DNA of 64,000 nucleotides from a virus (lineage: Duplodnaviria > Caudoviricetes). The stretch lies in the IMG/VR virus record IMGVR_UViG_3300029959_000012, positions 2,421-66,420 of that record; one strand, written 5' to 3'. The position numbers and the translations under genes are program-made. This document shows, piece after piece, positions 9,422 through 20,007 of the stretch; the stretch's first letter is position 1, and every line of letters begins with the position of its first letter. The notes beneath the pieces are model-generated. The model ran no database searches. It was not told the origin of the DNA and saw only the letters and a list, made by a program, of their open reading frames with translations.

Positions 9422-9871
9422 ATGCAAAACAGATTGGTAACGATACTACTTCTCTTGGTAATCTCCACAGGTGTATGCTATGCTGATAACGATCTCATGA
9501 CCACCATTATTGACAATGTAGTAAGTGATCAACTTTACAAACCATGTGTTGATTGCTATGATCCAAATCCAACACCTGCTCCAGTATATACCCCAGTCGG
9601 TGTTGACTTCATGATTAGTAATAGCCAAGTTCGCGCTGGACAACCTACCACCATTACTGGATTTCAAACAAGTGGAACAACCCTTGGTGATAACACATGG
9701 TGGCAATACACAATACAGAGTGGATCCGAAGTTAAAGTTCTCAATGGACAATCTATAACATTCAAACCCAAATCAAGTGGAAAAACCTACTATGTTGCAC
9801 TAACCGCACGAGACAGCACCCAGATGCTCAATGGTTACATCAAAAAGCAAGGTGCGATCAGATCGGTGTGA
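9422..9871 (+). CDS. secreted or membrane-anchored Ig/PKD-like protein
   Basis: Signal peptide (RLVTILLLLVISTGVCYA), Pro-rich linker and a beta-rich C-terminus; own TATA box; opposite strand to its neighbours. Confidence 0.65.
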   Translation: MQNRLVTILLLLVISTGVCYADNDLMTTIIDNVVSDQLYKPCVDCYDPNPTPAPVYTPVGVDFMISNSQVRAGQPTTITGFQTSGTTLGDNTWWQYTIQSGSEVKVLNGQSITFKPKSSGKTYYVALTARDSTQMLNGYIKKQGAIRSV

Positions 9872-9927
9872 AAAATTTAATTTACCCACTAGAATTTACC
9901 CCTCTATTTTTAGTAACCAACACAAAG

Positions 9928-10017
9928 TTTATATAGTGTGACGATCCACCTGTATGTACCCCACGTTAACTAAATGACAATAAGAGGGAGAAGTCCTTCT
10001 TTTGTTGTTTTGTTATG
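9928..10017 (+). ncRNA. dispersed hairpin sRNA-like element, copy E3
   Basis: TTTATATA, GATCCACCTGTATGTACCCC, hairpin, TTTTGTTGTTTTGTTATG. Confidence 0.65.
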
Positions 10018-10106
10018 GTGGCTGTTTTGACTATCCTTCGCTTAATTTGAAACCGTGGCGTATAGCGTCAATGGTGGATTCAGCCAGGTAACAATAGAAT
10101 TTCACT

Positions 10107-10192
10107 CATAACAAAACAACAAAAGGAGAATCTTCTCCCTTGTTATCTTATTACTTGGGGCACATACATATATGTTGACAATGTTATAAAAA
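10107..10192 (-). ncRNA. dispersed hairpin sRNA-like element, copy E4
   Basis: Reverse strand: TTTTTATAA, ATGTATGTGCCCC, about 20-bp hairpin, CTTTTGTTGTTTTGTTATG. Confidence 0.65.
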
Positions 10193-10193
10193 G

Positions 10194-12419
10194 TTATTGG
10201 TTGGTTTCTAGATCTTCCTCTGCGTATACGTTGTCTTCTAGTTCTATAGTTCTGAATATTACAAAGCCTGTTTTATCATCGTATTTAGCCATTTTGATGA
10301 GTTTGCTACCGAATTCGGTTATGAGGTTGATGATGTAGTGGCCAAGTTCATTGAAATTGTTATATATATTTTGGATACCTCGCTCATCTATACCTGGTTC
10401 TAATGGAACTTGGCGTTGCACACAATTACATGAATCATTGATGAATTGTCCAACTTTACAACGAATGTCCTGTATGGTGATTCCATCTATAAATGATTTG
10501 ATTGGAATTTGGGTTTCAGTATTTTCACTACAAGTTACATCATCCACGAGATTCAATATGCGGTAGTGGATGTTTATGGCATTGGTATAAGTTTTGGTGT
10601 TTGTCCCAAATGCATTGGTTGCTGTGAGTGATACTGTATAATTTCCATGGGTTGCAAATGCGTGGATATTACTTGATGTAGCAGGAGTTTCATCGCCGTA
10701 ATTCCACGAATATTCGGTGATTATATCATCGGGGATTGTGAGATTGGTGAACGTTATGGTGCACGGCAATGAAGGTCCAATGATATTCATATATGCTGGC
10801 TTGAAATTAGCATGTGGTGGAGTTCCTGTTGTAATTGTAATTGAATGTGATGAGAATTGGTGATAATTATTCCATATATTTAATGAAATGTTGTGATTGC
10901 CTGTGGTGTTGAATATATAAAGAGGTTCGTTTATGTCAGTTAATGTGGTGGAATCTATGTTCCAAACAATGCTAGTTGGATATTCTCCTAGAGATGTATC
11001 ATAGGTTGTTGTATTTTTGAATTGAATATTGCTTGGTATGGAAAGATCATCAAGTATAGTATAGGTGAAGTTTGTGTCTGGGATTGGGGTATCAACGGTG
11101 ATTGTTTTTGTTGATGGGAATTCATTGTAATGTTGTTGGTTTGAACTATATAGTGAGATTTCATAGGTTCCGGGCAAATTGTATATGTGAGTTGGGTGTT
11201 GATCAATACTTGTGTTTTCATCTCCAAATTGCCAAAACCATTCATTGGGAGATCCGTTTGATGTATCTGTGAGTGAAATTTTATTATTTATTTGAGTATA
11301 TGTGAATGAAGGTGTAATTGAAGGGGTATTTACTGTTATTGTTGCTTGTTTTGTATATAATGTATTGTCTGATGTAGAATTTGCACTTACAAATAAATTA
11401 TATGTACCATAAGTATCGTATGTATGATTTATTGTTGTTGGTAGTGATGGTATTGATTCTGTGTGTCCATCACCGTGATTAATTATAATGTTGTTTAATG
11501 ATATGGTAGATGATATTGTTGATGTAACTAGTAATGGGACAATCCCTGTAGTTGTTGATATGTATAAGTCTAATTCAGAATGTGATATGGATTCCTCATT
11601 GGTCCATGTGGAATGTGTTGGATCCGTGCTATAATTTCTAATTAATATATTTGAAAATTTAATGGTTATACCACTATACATGTCATGATCTAGCGAAAAT
11701 ACTCCAGTTGAGCCAATATCACTTGTTGAAATGTATTGGGTGTTGTTGATTTTGATGATTATCGATGATGAATTTCTCCAAATCTCAATTTTATAATCAG
11801 TGTTTGCCGTTAGTGGAGGATATGCTTTGATTTCACTACCAGCATAATATGATAGTTGGTTATAAGCATAGAATAATTTAACTGGGTTCGGTATGTTTAT
11901 TGCAGTACCATATTGATTGTCTTGTGATACATTGATTGTGGTTGTTATATATTCATTTCTAGATAAAGAGATCCCAGAAGTTATTGATCCAGATCCAGTA
12001 GAAGTTGTTTGTAACTTACCAGATACAATTGACCATGAACCAGAATTGATGGTCCACTTTGATAGATCACCGCTGAAATCATCAAATAAGATGAATGTGT
12101 TTGTTGCATTTGATTCAGAGGTGGCTATTGCATTTCCATAGTATATTTCAAGTGTGGTGTTTAAAATGGTTCCTATTTTTACCCATACTATTGCAGATAC
12201 CCCAGAAACGTAACTTTCAATCCAATATGGTTGTGGTAATCCTAATAATGCGAATCGCAGATCACTAAAGTTATCATTGCAGTGACCATTACAATACATT
12301 GTGGAATCAGATGAAGTTCCAGTTCCCTTATATATTGTTAATTTAACTTGGTAATTAGTTAGTTGTGTCGCAGAATTTAATATATGTGTTTGTTTATAAT
12401 TCCATAATTCATATACCAT
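10194..12419 (-). CDS. DUF2341 plus PKD-domain virion or adhesion protein
   Basis: N-terminal NYQVKLTI...FSDLRF...YWIES...VWVK...IYYGN (DUF2341) and several PKD repeats (WFWQFGDENTS...PTHIY..PGTYEISL; WNYGD...GNYTVSLTATN). Confidence 0.85.
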   Translation of the reverse strand: MVYELWNYKQTHILNSATQLTNYQVKLTIYKGTGTSSDSTMYCNGHCNDNFSDLRFALLGLPQPYWIESYVSGVSAIVWVKIGTILNTTLEIYYGNAIATSESNATNTFILFDDFSGDLSKWTINSGSWSIVSGKLQTTSTGSGSITSGISLSRNEYITTTINVSQDNQYGTAINIPNPVKLFYAYNQLSYYAGSEIKAYPPLTANTDYKIEIWRNSSSIIIKINNTQYISTSDIGSTGVFSLDHDMYSGITIKFSNILIRNYSTDPTHSTWTNEESISHSELDLYISTTTGIVPLLVTSTISSTISLNNIIINHGDGHTESIPSLPTTINHTYDTYGTYNLFVSANSTSDNTLYTKQATITVNTPSITPSFTYTQINNKISLTDTSNGSPNEWFWQFGDENTSIDQHPTHIYNLPGTYEISLYSSNQQHYNEFPSTKTITVDTPIPDTNFTYTILDDLSIPSNIQFKNTTTYDTSLGEYPTSIVWNIDSTTLTDINEPLYIFNTTGNHNISLNIWNNYHQFSSHSITITTGTPPHANFKPAYMNIIGPSLPCTITFTNLTIPDDIITEYSWNYGDETPATSSNIHAFATHGNYTVSLTATNAFGTNTKTYTNAINIHYRILNLVDDVTCSENTETQIPIKSFIDGITIQDIRCKVGQFINDSCNCVQRQVPLEPGIDERGIQNIYNNFNELGHYIINLITEFGSKLIKMAKYDDKTGFVIFRTIELEDNVYAEEDLETNQ

Positions 12420-12511
12420 GATTAAGGTTATTGTGTGATGTTTACTTTATAAAAAAGGAGTGAACAGTGTAAATTCTGTGAATATTATAAATTATGTGAA
12501 TGGTGTAAATT

Positions 12512-14659
12512 TTATAGCATTGAATTTGGTATAATATCTATGGCTGGAATGAATTGATTATCTGCTGAATTTGAAATTCCTATTAAATAATTGTTGTATG
12601 ATATTAAACTTACATGTCCATATGACATCACAATACCAGTATCAATAAATGTTTGATTTCCATCAAATACAACTAGTTGGTGACTATCTCTGCAAGTTCC
12701 ATATAATTTTCCATTATGTTCACAACACGTTCTTACTTGGAATCCAGAAGGAGCGCTAAAACTAACTGCGGTTGAACCAAAATCATTTAAGTTTGATAAC
12801 ATTGTAAATTTTTGGGAAGTTATTGCGAATACATATAGTTTATTATTAAATGGGATCATTGCGTATGCTCCAGAAACATCAGCAATTGTTTTGGTGTGTG
12901 GTATATTGCTTAAAATAGAGTCATAAACTCCATTTATATCATAAATTTGATCAAATAAGACACCCGTGGAATCCCCTTCATATGTTCCGTTCCATGTGCC
13001 AGTCCCTCCAATAAATCTATCATTAAAAATACATCCAGAACTAATAGAATTATCTATGTTAAATTCAAAACTATTAGTTATTGAAGTAATACTAGAATTA
13101 ATTAAATTATTATAACATCTACCACTTAAACAATATGATGAAATCAATCCAGAACCAGTTGAATATAATACTCCTCCGGCAGTTCCACCACATTCAAGAA
13201 ACCCAACTTTAATCCAATAATCAATACCATAAGATACAATATGAATAGCATTGTCATCTGGTGTAGTTGAGATTGATAATGATATAACTCCACCATTACC
13301 ATGAGTAAATTCTCCAATAGATACACAAATCATATCATTTATTACTGTTCCTTGTCCTCCATACATGGAATACCAAGATTTTGTGGGACTTGTTACGTTG
13401 ATATTGATACAACCATTTGTTATTTTTTCAATTGTTTTTGGAATTTTATCTGTGTAAATTTCTCCAGAGCAAACTAATACATTGTATGATTTTGTTAAAC
13501 CGGTTAATGTAGGGCCCATTGTAATGGTCGGGGGATCAAATGTATGTGATACAATTTTTCCGGTTTTTAATATGGCCGGACTTGAATTGTAATTTAGATC
13601 CCAAGTATAGTCATCATATGTATCTCCATTTAAACATTTGTTTGTTGGGGTTGATGTTATTTTGGCTGTTAAAGTTGCAGTTAAATCTGGTAAGGTATAA
13701 TTCCATAAACTTGCATTTACAGGTAATGGAAATAGTATTGGAAATGTGGTGCATCCGGTAAACGATATTTCATTTGTGGTGCAATGTGCTAAATAATCAA
13801 ATGGGAATGTTCCGTGGAATACTGTTGCTAAAATCCCATTACCACTATAAGTTAATAAATGCCAGACATCGTTATCATCTAAATAGAAGGTATAATCCCA
13901 ATATAAGTGTGAATTGTAATCTCCAGCCCAGATTTCGATATTATCGCAGTCAAATTTGTATTCAAAATATAAATCATATACACTGCCCCCACCATCTTCC
14001 CAAATATATGTTTCTGTCCCGTGGTTTGTTATACCGTAACCTAAAAATTTATAATGGGTTGGATATCCAAACAATCTAGGATCATCTGGTGTTGTTGGTA
14101 GAGGATTTAACTGACCAACTGCTGATGTTCTAAATGCTATTCTTGATTGAATACTACAATTTAAACATACGCATTTTGTGCTGCATGGTTTACAGCAACC
14201 AATTTCATATGTCTGTGATTGTGACTTTGTTTCTCTGAATGAAAATATATCCTCTTTATATTCAAGTGTGTTTGTAGTAAAATTATCATTTAATTTAACC
14301 CAATCTGGAACTGCTTCTGTTCCTTTATTAAACCATATTGAAACAAAATAAGATGGTATTTTTTCTCCGTAAGTTTCTATGAATATGTAATTTCTACCAG
14401 TTCGGCATTTCCTAACTTCAAAAATTGCTTCTGCTTCGTCACTTTGAGGTTCAAGAACGAATCTAATTGTAAAATATCCATTATATAAATACCCACAATT
14501 TGTTATTTTTGCATAAGTAGAATTATCACCATAATAAACAGGAGCACCAGGATCAGATGGTGAGTGAGTTTTATCGTTAACTAACGCAAATCTATGAAGC
14601 CATATATAACAATCAGATACCAGAGTGCCATAAACTCGTTGTTCATTTCCCACAATCAT
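12512..14659 (-). CDS. tail tip or adhesin-like structural protein
   Basis: 715 aa, beta-rich, one PKD-like segment (YTWDLN...VSHTF), within the tail module. Confidence 0.6.
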   Translation of the reverse strand: MIVGNEQRVYGTLVSDCYIWLHRFALVNDKTHSPSDPGAPVYYGDNSTYAKITNCGYLYNGYFTIRFVLEPQSDEAEAIFEVRKCRTGRNYIFIETYGEKIPSYFVSIWFNKGTEAVPDWVKLNDNFTTNTLEYKEDIFSFRETKSQSQTYEIGCCKPCSTKCVCLNCSIQSRIAFRTSAVGQLNPLPTTPDDPRLFGYPTHYKFLGYGITNHGTETYIWEDGGGSVYDLYFEYKFDCDNIEIWAGDYNSHLYWDYTFYLDDNDVWHLLTYSGNGILATVFHGTFPFDYLAHCTTNEISFTGCTTFPILFPLPVNASLWNYTLPDLTATLTAKITSTPTNKCLNGDTYDDYTWDLNYNSSPAILKTGKIVSHTFDPPTITMGPTLTGLTKSYNVLVCSGEIYTDKIPKTIEKITNGCININVTSPTKSWYSMYGGQGTVINDMICVSIGEFTHGNGGVISLSISTTPDDNAIHIVSYGIDYWIKVGFLECGGTAGGVLYSTGSGLISSYCLSGRCYNNLINSSITSITNSFEFNIDNSISSGCIFNDRFIGGTGTWNGTYEGDSTGVLFDQIYDINGVYDSILSNIPHTKTIADVSGAYAMIPFNNKLYVFAITSQKFTMLSNLNDFGSTAVSFSAPSGFQVRTCCEHNGKLYGTCRDSHQLVVFDGNQTFIDTGIVMSYGHVSLISYNNYLIGISNSADNQFIPAIDIIPNSML

Positions 14660-14766
14660 AATTATAATTTGTTTATAAAGGTATATTAAGTAATGTACAA
14701 GGATATAAATTGTGTGATTAATGTAAAAATTTTATATAATTACTTATATATATAAATAAGTATGGG

Positions 14767-15945
14767 TTATGTACCTCTGGTAATGAAAATTGTGACTAAT
14801 GCACGAGTTACTGTTGATGCTGAATCAACTACAAATTCGAAAATGTCACCAGATGTTACAGTTGTCGTCCATACAGTTAATGTTTGATTGGTGCCTTTGA
14901 ATGCCGATGTTATTGTGGGTTTATCAGTTGATGTTATACTGGTTGTTGTTGGGTAATTGGCATATGCGGCTTTCTTAACGTCCACTACAATGCTACCTGA
15001 AACATCGGATAAGATTGTCCATCCAGTTATTTCGCCATTGAATGGAATTTGTACAATGCCTTTTGAACCTGTGGTAATTGGTGATCCATTACCATCTATC
15101 ACAAATGATATATTCTCGGTGTTTGATAGGTTTCCTTGATGCCACACATCATAACCATCTACACTAATACCCGCATTAGAAGAATTTGCATACAATGTGA
15201 GTGTTGTAGAACCACCATATAGATCCACATTTGCATAATCTTGTCCAATATCTACATAGAATTTATTGGTGTAAGGAGGTGATCCAGCATCATTATATAC
15301 GCTTATATCAAATTCATTTTCGTAATTACTAATATTTACAAGAGAGATTGATGCATTTCCAAGAGATGATGTAATGCCAGTTGTTGCTGGCAAGTTACCA
15401 TCGTGATATAATACATGATTTGGATTTACACCATTTGCATCATACATTACTAGGTTTGATCCAGATGCTTTGATTCCAACTGCAGTTTCATCAAAATGGA
15501 TTCCGCTTGATCGTATCGGGATGTTGCTACCATCACCACCGTTACGAACATTTAGATATCCATCACCTAGTTTCAGTTCATATGCAGTTCCTTGTGACGA
15601 ATCTTCAAATCGAAATACATCACCGGCAATTTTACACAACGTTGTGGGTGTGTCGGAATTGATTGCTATAAATTGATATGCTGTAGAAATAGCATTTTTG
15701 CCGGTAACATCATTTTTTATAATGAAATTTCCAGTATCGTTGGTGAGTTTAACTCCATTGTTGTCGTTGTCTAATTGAAAATCAGATGATGGTGTTCCTC
15801 CATTTGATGCTGCAATAACTTCTGCTTTAGTGGATCCATCAAGTTTTGCTGAATTATCAACACTTAATTGACCTTCGGTTTTTCCATTTAAAGTTGTTGC
15901 ATTAGCAATTGTTGTAGAACCAATTGGTGGATTAAATAATGCCAT
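14767..15945 (-). CDS. tail fibre protein
   Basis: Probable start MALFNPP at 15945; NATTLNG/NSAKLDG and VWHQGN fibre motifs; C-terminal FVIDGNGSPITTGSKG domain. Confidence 0.7.
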   Translation of the reverse strand: MALFNPPIGSTTIANATTLNGKTEGQLSVDNSAKLDGSTKAEVIAASNGGTPSSDFQLDNDNNGVKLTNDTGNFIIKNDVTGKNAISTAYQFIAINSDTPTTLCKIAGDVFRFEDSSQGTAYELKLGDGYLNVRNGGDGSNIPIRSSGIHFDETAVGIKASGSNLVMYDANGVNPNHVLYHDGNLPATTGITSSLGNASISLVNISNYENEFDISVYNDAGSPPYTNKFYVDIGQDYANVDLYGGSTTLTLYANSSNAGISVDGYDVWHQGNLSNTENISFVIDGNGSPITTGSKGIVQIPFNGEITGWTILSDVSGSIVVDVKKAAYANYPTTTSITSTDKPTITSAFKGTNQTLTVWTTTVTSGDIFEFVVDSASTVTRALVTIFITRGT

Positions 15946-15952
15946 GATGATT

Positions 15953-16267
15953 TCACATACCTTCGAATACAGATACTTCCACATACACTACACTTCCTGT
16001 GCTTGCTAATCCACGAATTTTATACCCGTTTAATATTGTATGTTTTGCAGTGTCAGATGTTCCCGATCCTGCAGTGATTGATTGGCTTGGCAACAGACAT
16101 GCTAATTTCGTGTTGGATGCATCAGTTAACCATAATTCACAGGTTACTGCCGATCCACTGGTATTCACTAATTGGATTAGCAATGTTACGGCTTTGCTTG
16201 GAGCAACATATACATCTGTTTCAGACGTAGTTAAAATTGCAGTTTCACTATTTGGTGTTTTTGTCAT
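15953..16267 (-). CDS. small tail structural protein
   Basis: 104-aa beta-rich ORF coupled to the fibre genes. Confidence 0.6.
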   Translation of the reverse strand: MTKTPNSETAILTTSETDVYVAPSKAVTLLIQLVNTSGSAVTCELWLTDASNTKLACLLPSQSITAGSGTSDTAKHTILNGYKIRGLASTGSVVYVEVSVFEGM

Positions 16268-16329
16268 AATAATCTCCTAAATGTCATAATAATAATAAAT
16301 TCTTAAATATTAGGATAATTTCTTAAATG

Positions 16330-17406
16330 TTATCCTCCGAAAATTATGGAATAAGTGAGGGCGTCGTCTATGGTAGTAGTAATGTCGCCAGTTGTTGCAA
16401 ATTCATTAGCATGTTTTCCATCCAACATATCTGCATCTAGACCACTACCAGTTCCATCTGTTAAATGAGTAAATACTTTTCCACTATCAACATATAAGTA
16501 GGTTCCATCAGTTGTCAGTGATACGCTTGTTGGTTCCGTTGGAAATCCAATTACTAGGGTATCGTGAACTGTTGCATATTCACTAAATAAAGTGTGGATT
16601 GATAGATCTGCAGAACTTAACAAATCATTGGTTAGTAATTTTAGATTTCCACTATCATTGTATAATTGTGGTCCACTATTGCCAATTCTAAATGTTTCAT
16701 TTTGTGTGCCACCACTAGTCGGGAATGATGATAGAGATAGTTCACTATCAATTAGTTTGTGTCCTGTGGTTCCATCAAAAATTGGTATAGTCCCATTCAA
16801 TGATGATAATGGACCTTCAACATAAACATCGTTGATTTGTTTCCACTGTCCATCATCACATGCAAATCTATCTCCTGTTGGTGTTTCAGCACTTATTGAT
16901 TCACCAACTTTGATATAGTGTGCTGGTTCCATATAAGTGCCATTAAATTCGATACTATATCCTACAGGAAAATCAGTGAGATCTACATCTGAACCTGCCC
17001 ACGGTAAAAGGTTAAATGCATTTGTACCATCACCAATTTTAAACCGACCGGTAGGATCATTGGTAGTGTCGTTGAGTTCCAAGCATAATGTATATTTGGG
17101 ATACACAGTATTATTGGAATTCCAATTGCTGGCTGTATCTAATTTACCTTGTAGACGATATGTCCATTTATATAATGAATCATTATAATAGGGAATTTCA
17201 TCATCTACAGGAGCACGGGTATCAGTTGAACGACTTCCAATGCTGCCTGATGTATATGGGATGTCGGCCCACTGTCTAATCCCATCGCCAACCTTGATGT
17301 TGCCAGTATCTACACTTAACGCAACTTCACCATAAGGTATGATTGGATTATATGATAACCAGTTTGCCTCGGTTTCTGGGATTGTTCCATCAACAAATCG
17401 AAACAC
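16330..17406 (-). CDS. tail fibre protein with two Mtd-N/hyaluronidase-N-like domains
   Basis: NWLSYNPIIPYGEVALSVDTGNIKVGDG..W and a second copy ending GRFKIGDGTNAFNLLPW; C-terminal GSGLDADMLDGKH. Confidence 0.8.
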   Translation of the reverse strand: MFRFVDGTIPETEANWLSYNPIIPYGEVALSVDTGNIKVGDGIRQWADIPYTSGSIGSRSTDTRAPVDDEIPYYNDSLYKWTYRLQGKLDTASNWNSNNTVYPKYTLCLELNDTTNDPTGRFKIGDGTNAFNLLPWAGSDVDLTDFPVGYSIEFNGTYMEPAHYIKVGESISAETPTGDRFACDDGQWKQINDVYVEGPLSSLNGTIPIFDGTTGHKLIDSELSLSSFPTSGGTQNETFRIGNSGPQLYNDSGNLKLLTNDLLSSADLSIHTLFSEYATVHDTLVIGFPTEPTSVSLTTDGTYLYVDSGKVFTHLTDGTGSGLDADMLDGKHANEFATTGDITTTIDDALTYSIIFGG

Positions 17407-17414
17407 GAATATCT

Positions 17415-17735
17415 TTACTCCTGGGTAATAAGCCCATCATATCCAACATATATGGTGGTAGATCCAACATTTTTCACTGTGTAGTAATGATCGTTGGTTG
17501 GGTGAAACTCAACGTTAATGGACATCGATAGATTCATCATTTTGATGTTGTTGGTTCCATCAGTAGCATATAATTCACAGGATCCACCAAATGGTACAAT
17601 AATATTGTGGATGACCCATTCTTCAGATGCGCCTGATGGTTGAATGTTCATTGATTGTGTGGTGAGTAATTGAGTCCTTGCTGTAACTGCTTTGCCAATT
17701 GTCACGATTAACCACGACCATAGATAATCTTCCAA
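17415..17735 (-). CDS. hypothetical tail protein
   Basis: Co-directional ORF; the true start is probably the GTG near 17705. Confidence 0.55.
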   Translation of the reverse strand: MEDYLWSWLIVTIGKAVTARTQLLTTQSMNIQPSGASEEWVIHNIIVPFGGSCELYATDGTNNIKMMNLSMSINVEFHPTNDHYYTVKNVGSTTIYVGYDGLITQE

Positions 17736-18226
17736 ATCATACCGAAAGTTTCACCATTTACTACAGGCCAATTTCCAAAGGTTTGTCTACTGCCCATGTA
17801 ACCTCCTGTTAAGGTTGTATGGAGTCCCGCTTCCTGTAATGTGTAATCACCGGTGGACGTTGCCATAATAGCATACTGAACGGTATCAGGTAACAATGGA
17901 TCGCTACTATACGTATTCACGATGCTTGGTGTTACTGACCATCTTGTCATTACTGGACTTTTAAGATCCGTATATCCATAATTCGTACCACTGGTTCCAT
18001 CAATACCGACACTTGCATAAATATATTTGCTGGCTGTATAAACGGCTAAATCATTAATTGCGTAGTTAGTTAGTGCATCACCCGCACAGTTATACAATCC
18101 CAGTGATTTTAATATTCGTTGTAGTATGCTTGGATGATTATTAGTTTCTAGTGATTTATTCCATTCGCCATTATCACTTATTCTATACAATTCTATAATG
18201 TCCTGACATTTTGCTTTATCATTCAT
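17708..18226 (-). CDS. tail/baseplate structural protein
   Basis: ASVGIDGT...LQEAGL...SRQTF...GETFGMIWKI pattern typical of tail proteins. Confidence 0.6.
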   Translation of the reverse strand: MNDKAKCQDIIELYRISDNGEWNKSLETNNHPSILQRILKSLGLYNCAGDALTNYAINDLAVYTASKYIYASVGIDGTSGTNYGYTDLKSPVMTRWSVTPSIVNTYSSDPLLPDTVQYAIMATSTGDYTLQEAGLHTTLTGGYMGSRQTFGNWPVVNGETFGMIWKIIYGRG

Positions 18227-18251
18227 AATATAATACCTTGAAATTTACTAA

Positions 18252-19892
18252 TTATGGCATCCATGCAATTTCACTGTCACCAAATACATAGACATTCTTG
18301 TAAACATGATAATCTACATGGAATTTTACCTTATATTTATGATTTGTTGGATTTACCACATTTATTATATTAGGTTTAGTTTTGTCGAAAAAGAACAATT
18401 CGCTTGAACGAGTCCCATCTATACAATGAGTAAGTTGATCGCTGAACATAACTGTTCCATTGTTATAAATTGGAATAGATGTTGCAAAATTATTTACTAG
18501 AAATTCAATATAGTAGAGAGGTTCGTCTAATCGTGATTGTAAAACCACGCTATCTTTGTATGTATTGTATAGTCTCTCATAAAATACTGGATTAATTTCA
18601 GATCGTGCAACTGTAGCAACTTCATCAAATGACTTTTCTACATTATAAAATCGTAATTTACTTATATTATCAGTGAGTTCTGTGGTAGTTATTTTATCAT
18701 CAACGTCATCATTTACCTTGGTTGTAATTATAAATATAGCAGTTTCATCGTTGTCTGGAAGATCATCTTGAATTTTAACATCGATTGTATGATAATAATC
18801 ATCCGATGCAATCATTTGTGGGGTTATTACTTTTAGATAGTCACTGCTGTCGTCTGTGCCATGTTGAGATATTCTAATAAAGTCATCTTCTGACATAACT
18901 GCAGCAGCCTTCCAAATACATGTTGGGAAATCCGGGCCACTAGTATTTGGCATTGGTAACAATTCCACGCAAGTTGGAAAATAGACATTTTGTTTATCTA
19001 AATAAGTATCATAAAATGCATATACTTTTATAATTTCATCGAGTTGGTATCCCTGTGTAATACCATATATAGGATAATCCAATCCCGGTGTTCTTGTTTG
19101 CTCACTTCCCTTTGGAAGAGTAAAAATTTTTGCATATTGTTGTTTTTTATCACCTTCACTTCGCATATTCATCATTAAATTGTCTGTTCGATAATACCAG
19201 GTAAATTGAATATGAACATTATTTAATATACAGTTATATGCCAAATTGTTAGTTGCTGTAAATTTAAATTTTAATGGAGTTAATAACCCACGTTTAATAT
19301 CATATGTGCTATTTCCATTTGCATCGGTATCATGAAACCAATCTAACACAATCGGGGGCATACCTGGCCAAGTATCCATAGTAAACGTGCTTATCATTGT
19401 AGTGTAAATTGCAGCACTTGGATAACTTACTTCGCTACTCATCCCTTTTATAATATTTAACATGACATTACTATCATAAGTATAATTACCCTCATACCAA
19501 GTAGGCATTGCATCAGCAAGTGCAACTTTGGCTCCCCATTTTACATCAAAATGCCCATTTGGATCTTCAGTATCATTCACAGTATAATTTATCGTTATTT
19601 CTGCAATGTCATAAAATGCTGGTATCATAAATAAATTATCTAAATTGTAATCTGTGATGATCCCGGATGGTGGAGTGACAAGTGTGACTGGATCAACTTC
19701 TATTTCAATAGTTCCATTTGCAGATACTTCAACATTATTATATACTATATAACTACTGATTGCACTATTGTTGTTTGGTTGAGTATAAATTTTACGATCT
19801 GATAATTCTGTTATATTTGCAGTAATGTTTATGTCTCCAGTGCATTCTGGTGGAAGCACAAATGGCTTATTAGCAAAAACATCAATTTTCAT
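18252..19892 (-). CDS. putative tail tip structural protein
   Basis: 546 aa in the tail module with an upstream TATA box; no motif recognised. Confidence 0.55.
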   Translation of the reverse strand: MKIDVFANKPFVLPPECTGDINITANITELSDRKIYTQPNNNSAISSYIVYNNVEVSANGTIEIEVDPVTLVTPPSGIITDYNLDNLFMIPAFYDIAEITINYTVNDTEDPNGHFDVKWGAKVALADAMPTWYEGNYTYDSNVMLNIIKGMSSEVSYPSAAIYTTMISTFTMDTWPGMPPIVLDWFHDTDANGNSTYDIKRGLLTPLKFKFTATNNLAYNCILNNVHIQFTWYYRTDNLMMNMRSEGDKKQQYAKIFTLPKGSEQTRTPGLDYPIYGITQGYQLDEIIKVYAFYDTYLDKQNVYFPTCVELLPMPNTSGPDFPTCIWKAAAVMSEDDFIRISQHGTDDSSDYLKVITPQMIASDDYYHTIDVKIQDDLPDNDETAIFIITTKVNDDVDDKITTTELTDNISKLRFYNVEKSFDEVATVARSEINPVFYERLYNTYKDSVVLQSRLDEPLYYIEFLVNNFATSIPIYNNGTVMFSDQLTHCIDGTRSSELFFFDKTKPNIINVVNPTNHKYKVKFHVDYHVYKNVYVFGDSEIAWMP

Positions 19893-19969
19893 ATATTTGG
19901 TATCCTCTACTATTTGTCAACTTATATAAGTTATATAATTTATATAAATTATAACCAACATTAATTATC

Positions 19970-20007
19970 ATTTATATGTAACCTTTAAATTTATATGTAA
20001 CCTTTAA
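19970..20007. repeat. 19-bp tandem duplication ATTTATATGTAACCTTTAA x2
   Basis: Exact direct repeat overlapping the stop codon of 20004-21692. Confidence 0.9.

Noticed and set aside
16330-17406. Diversity-generating retroelement suggested by Mtd-like domains
   Set aside because: No reverse transcriptase and no template/variable repeat pair were found, and only the N-terminal structural domain is Mtd-like.
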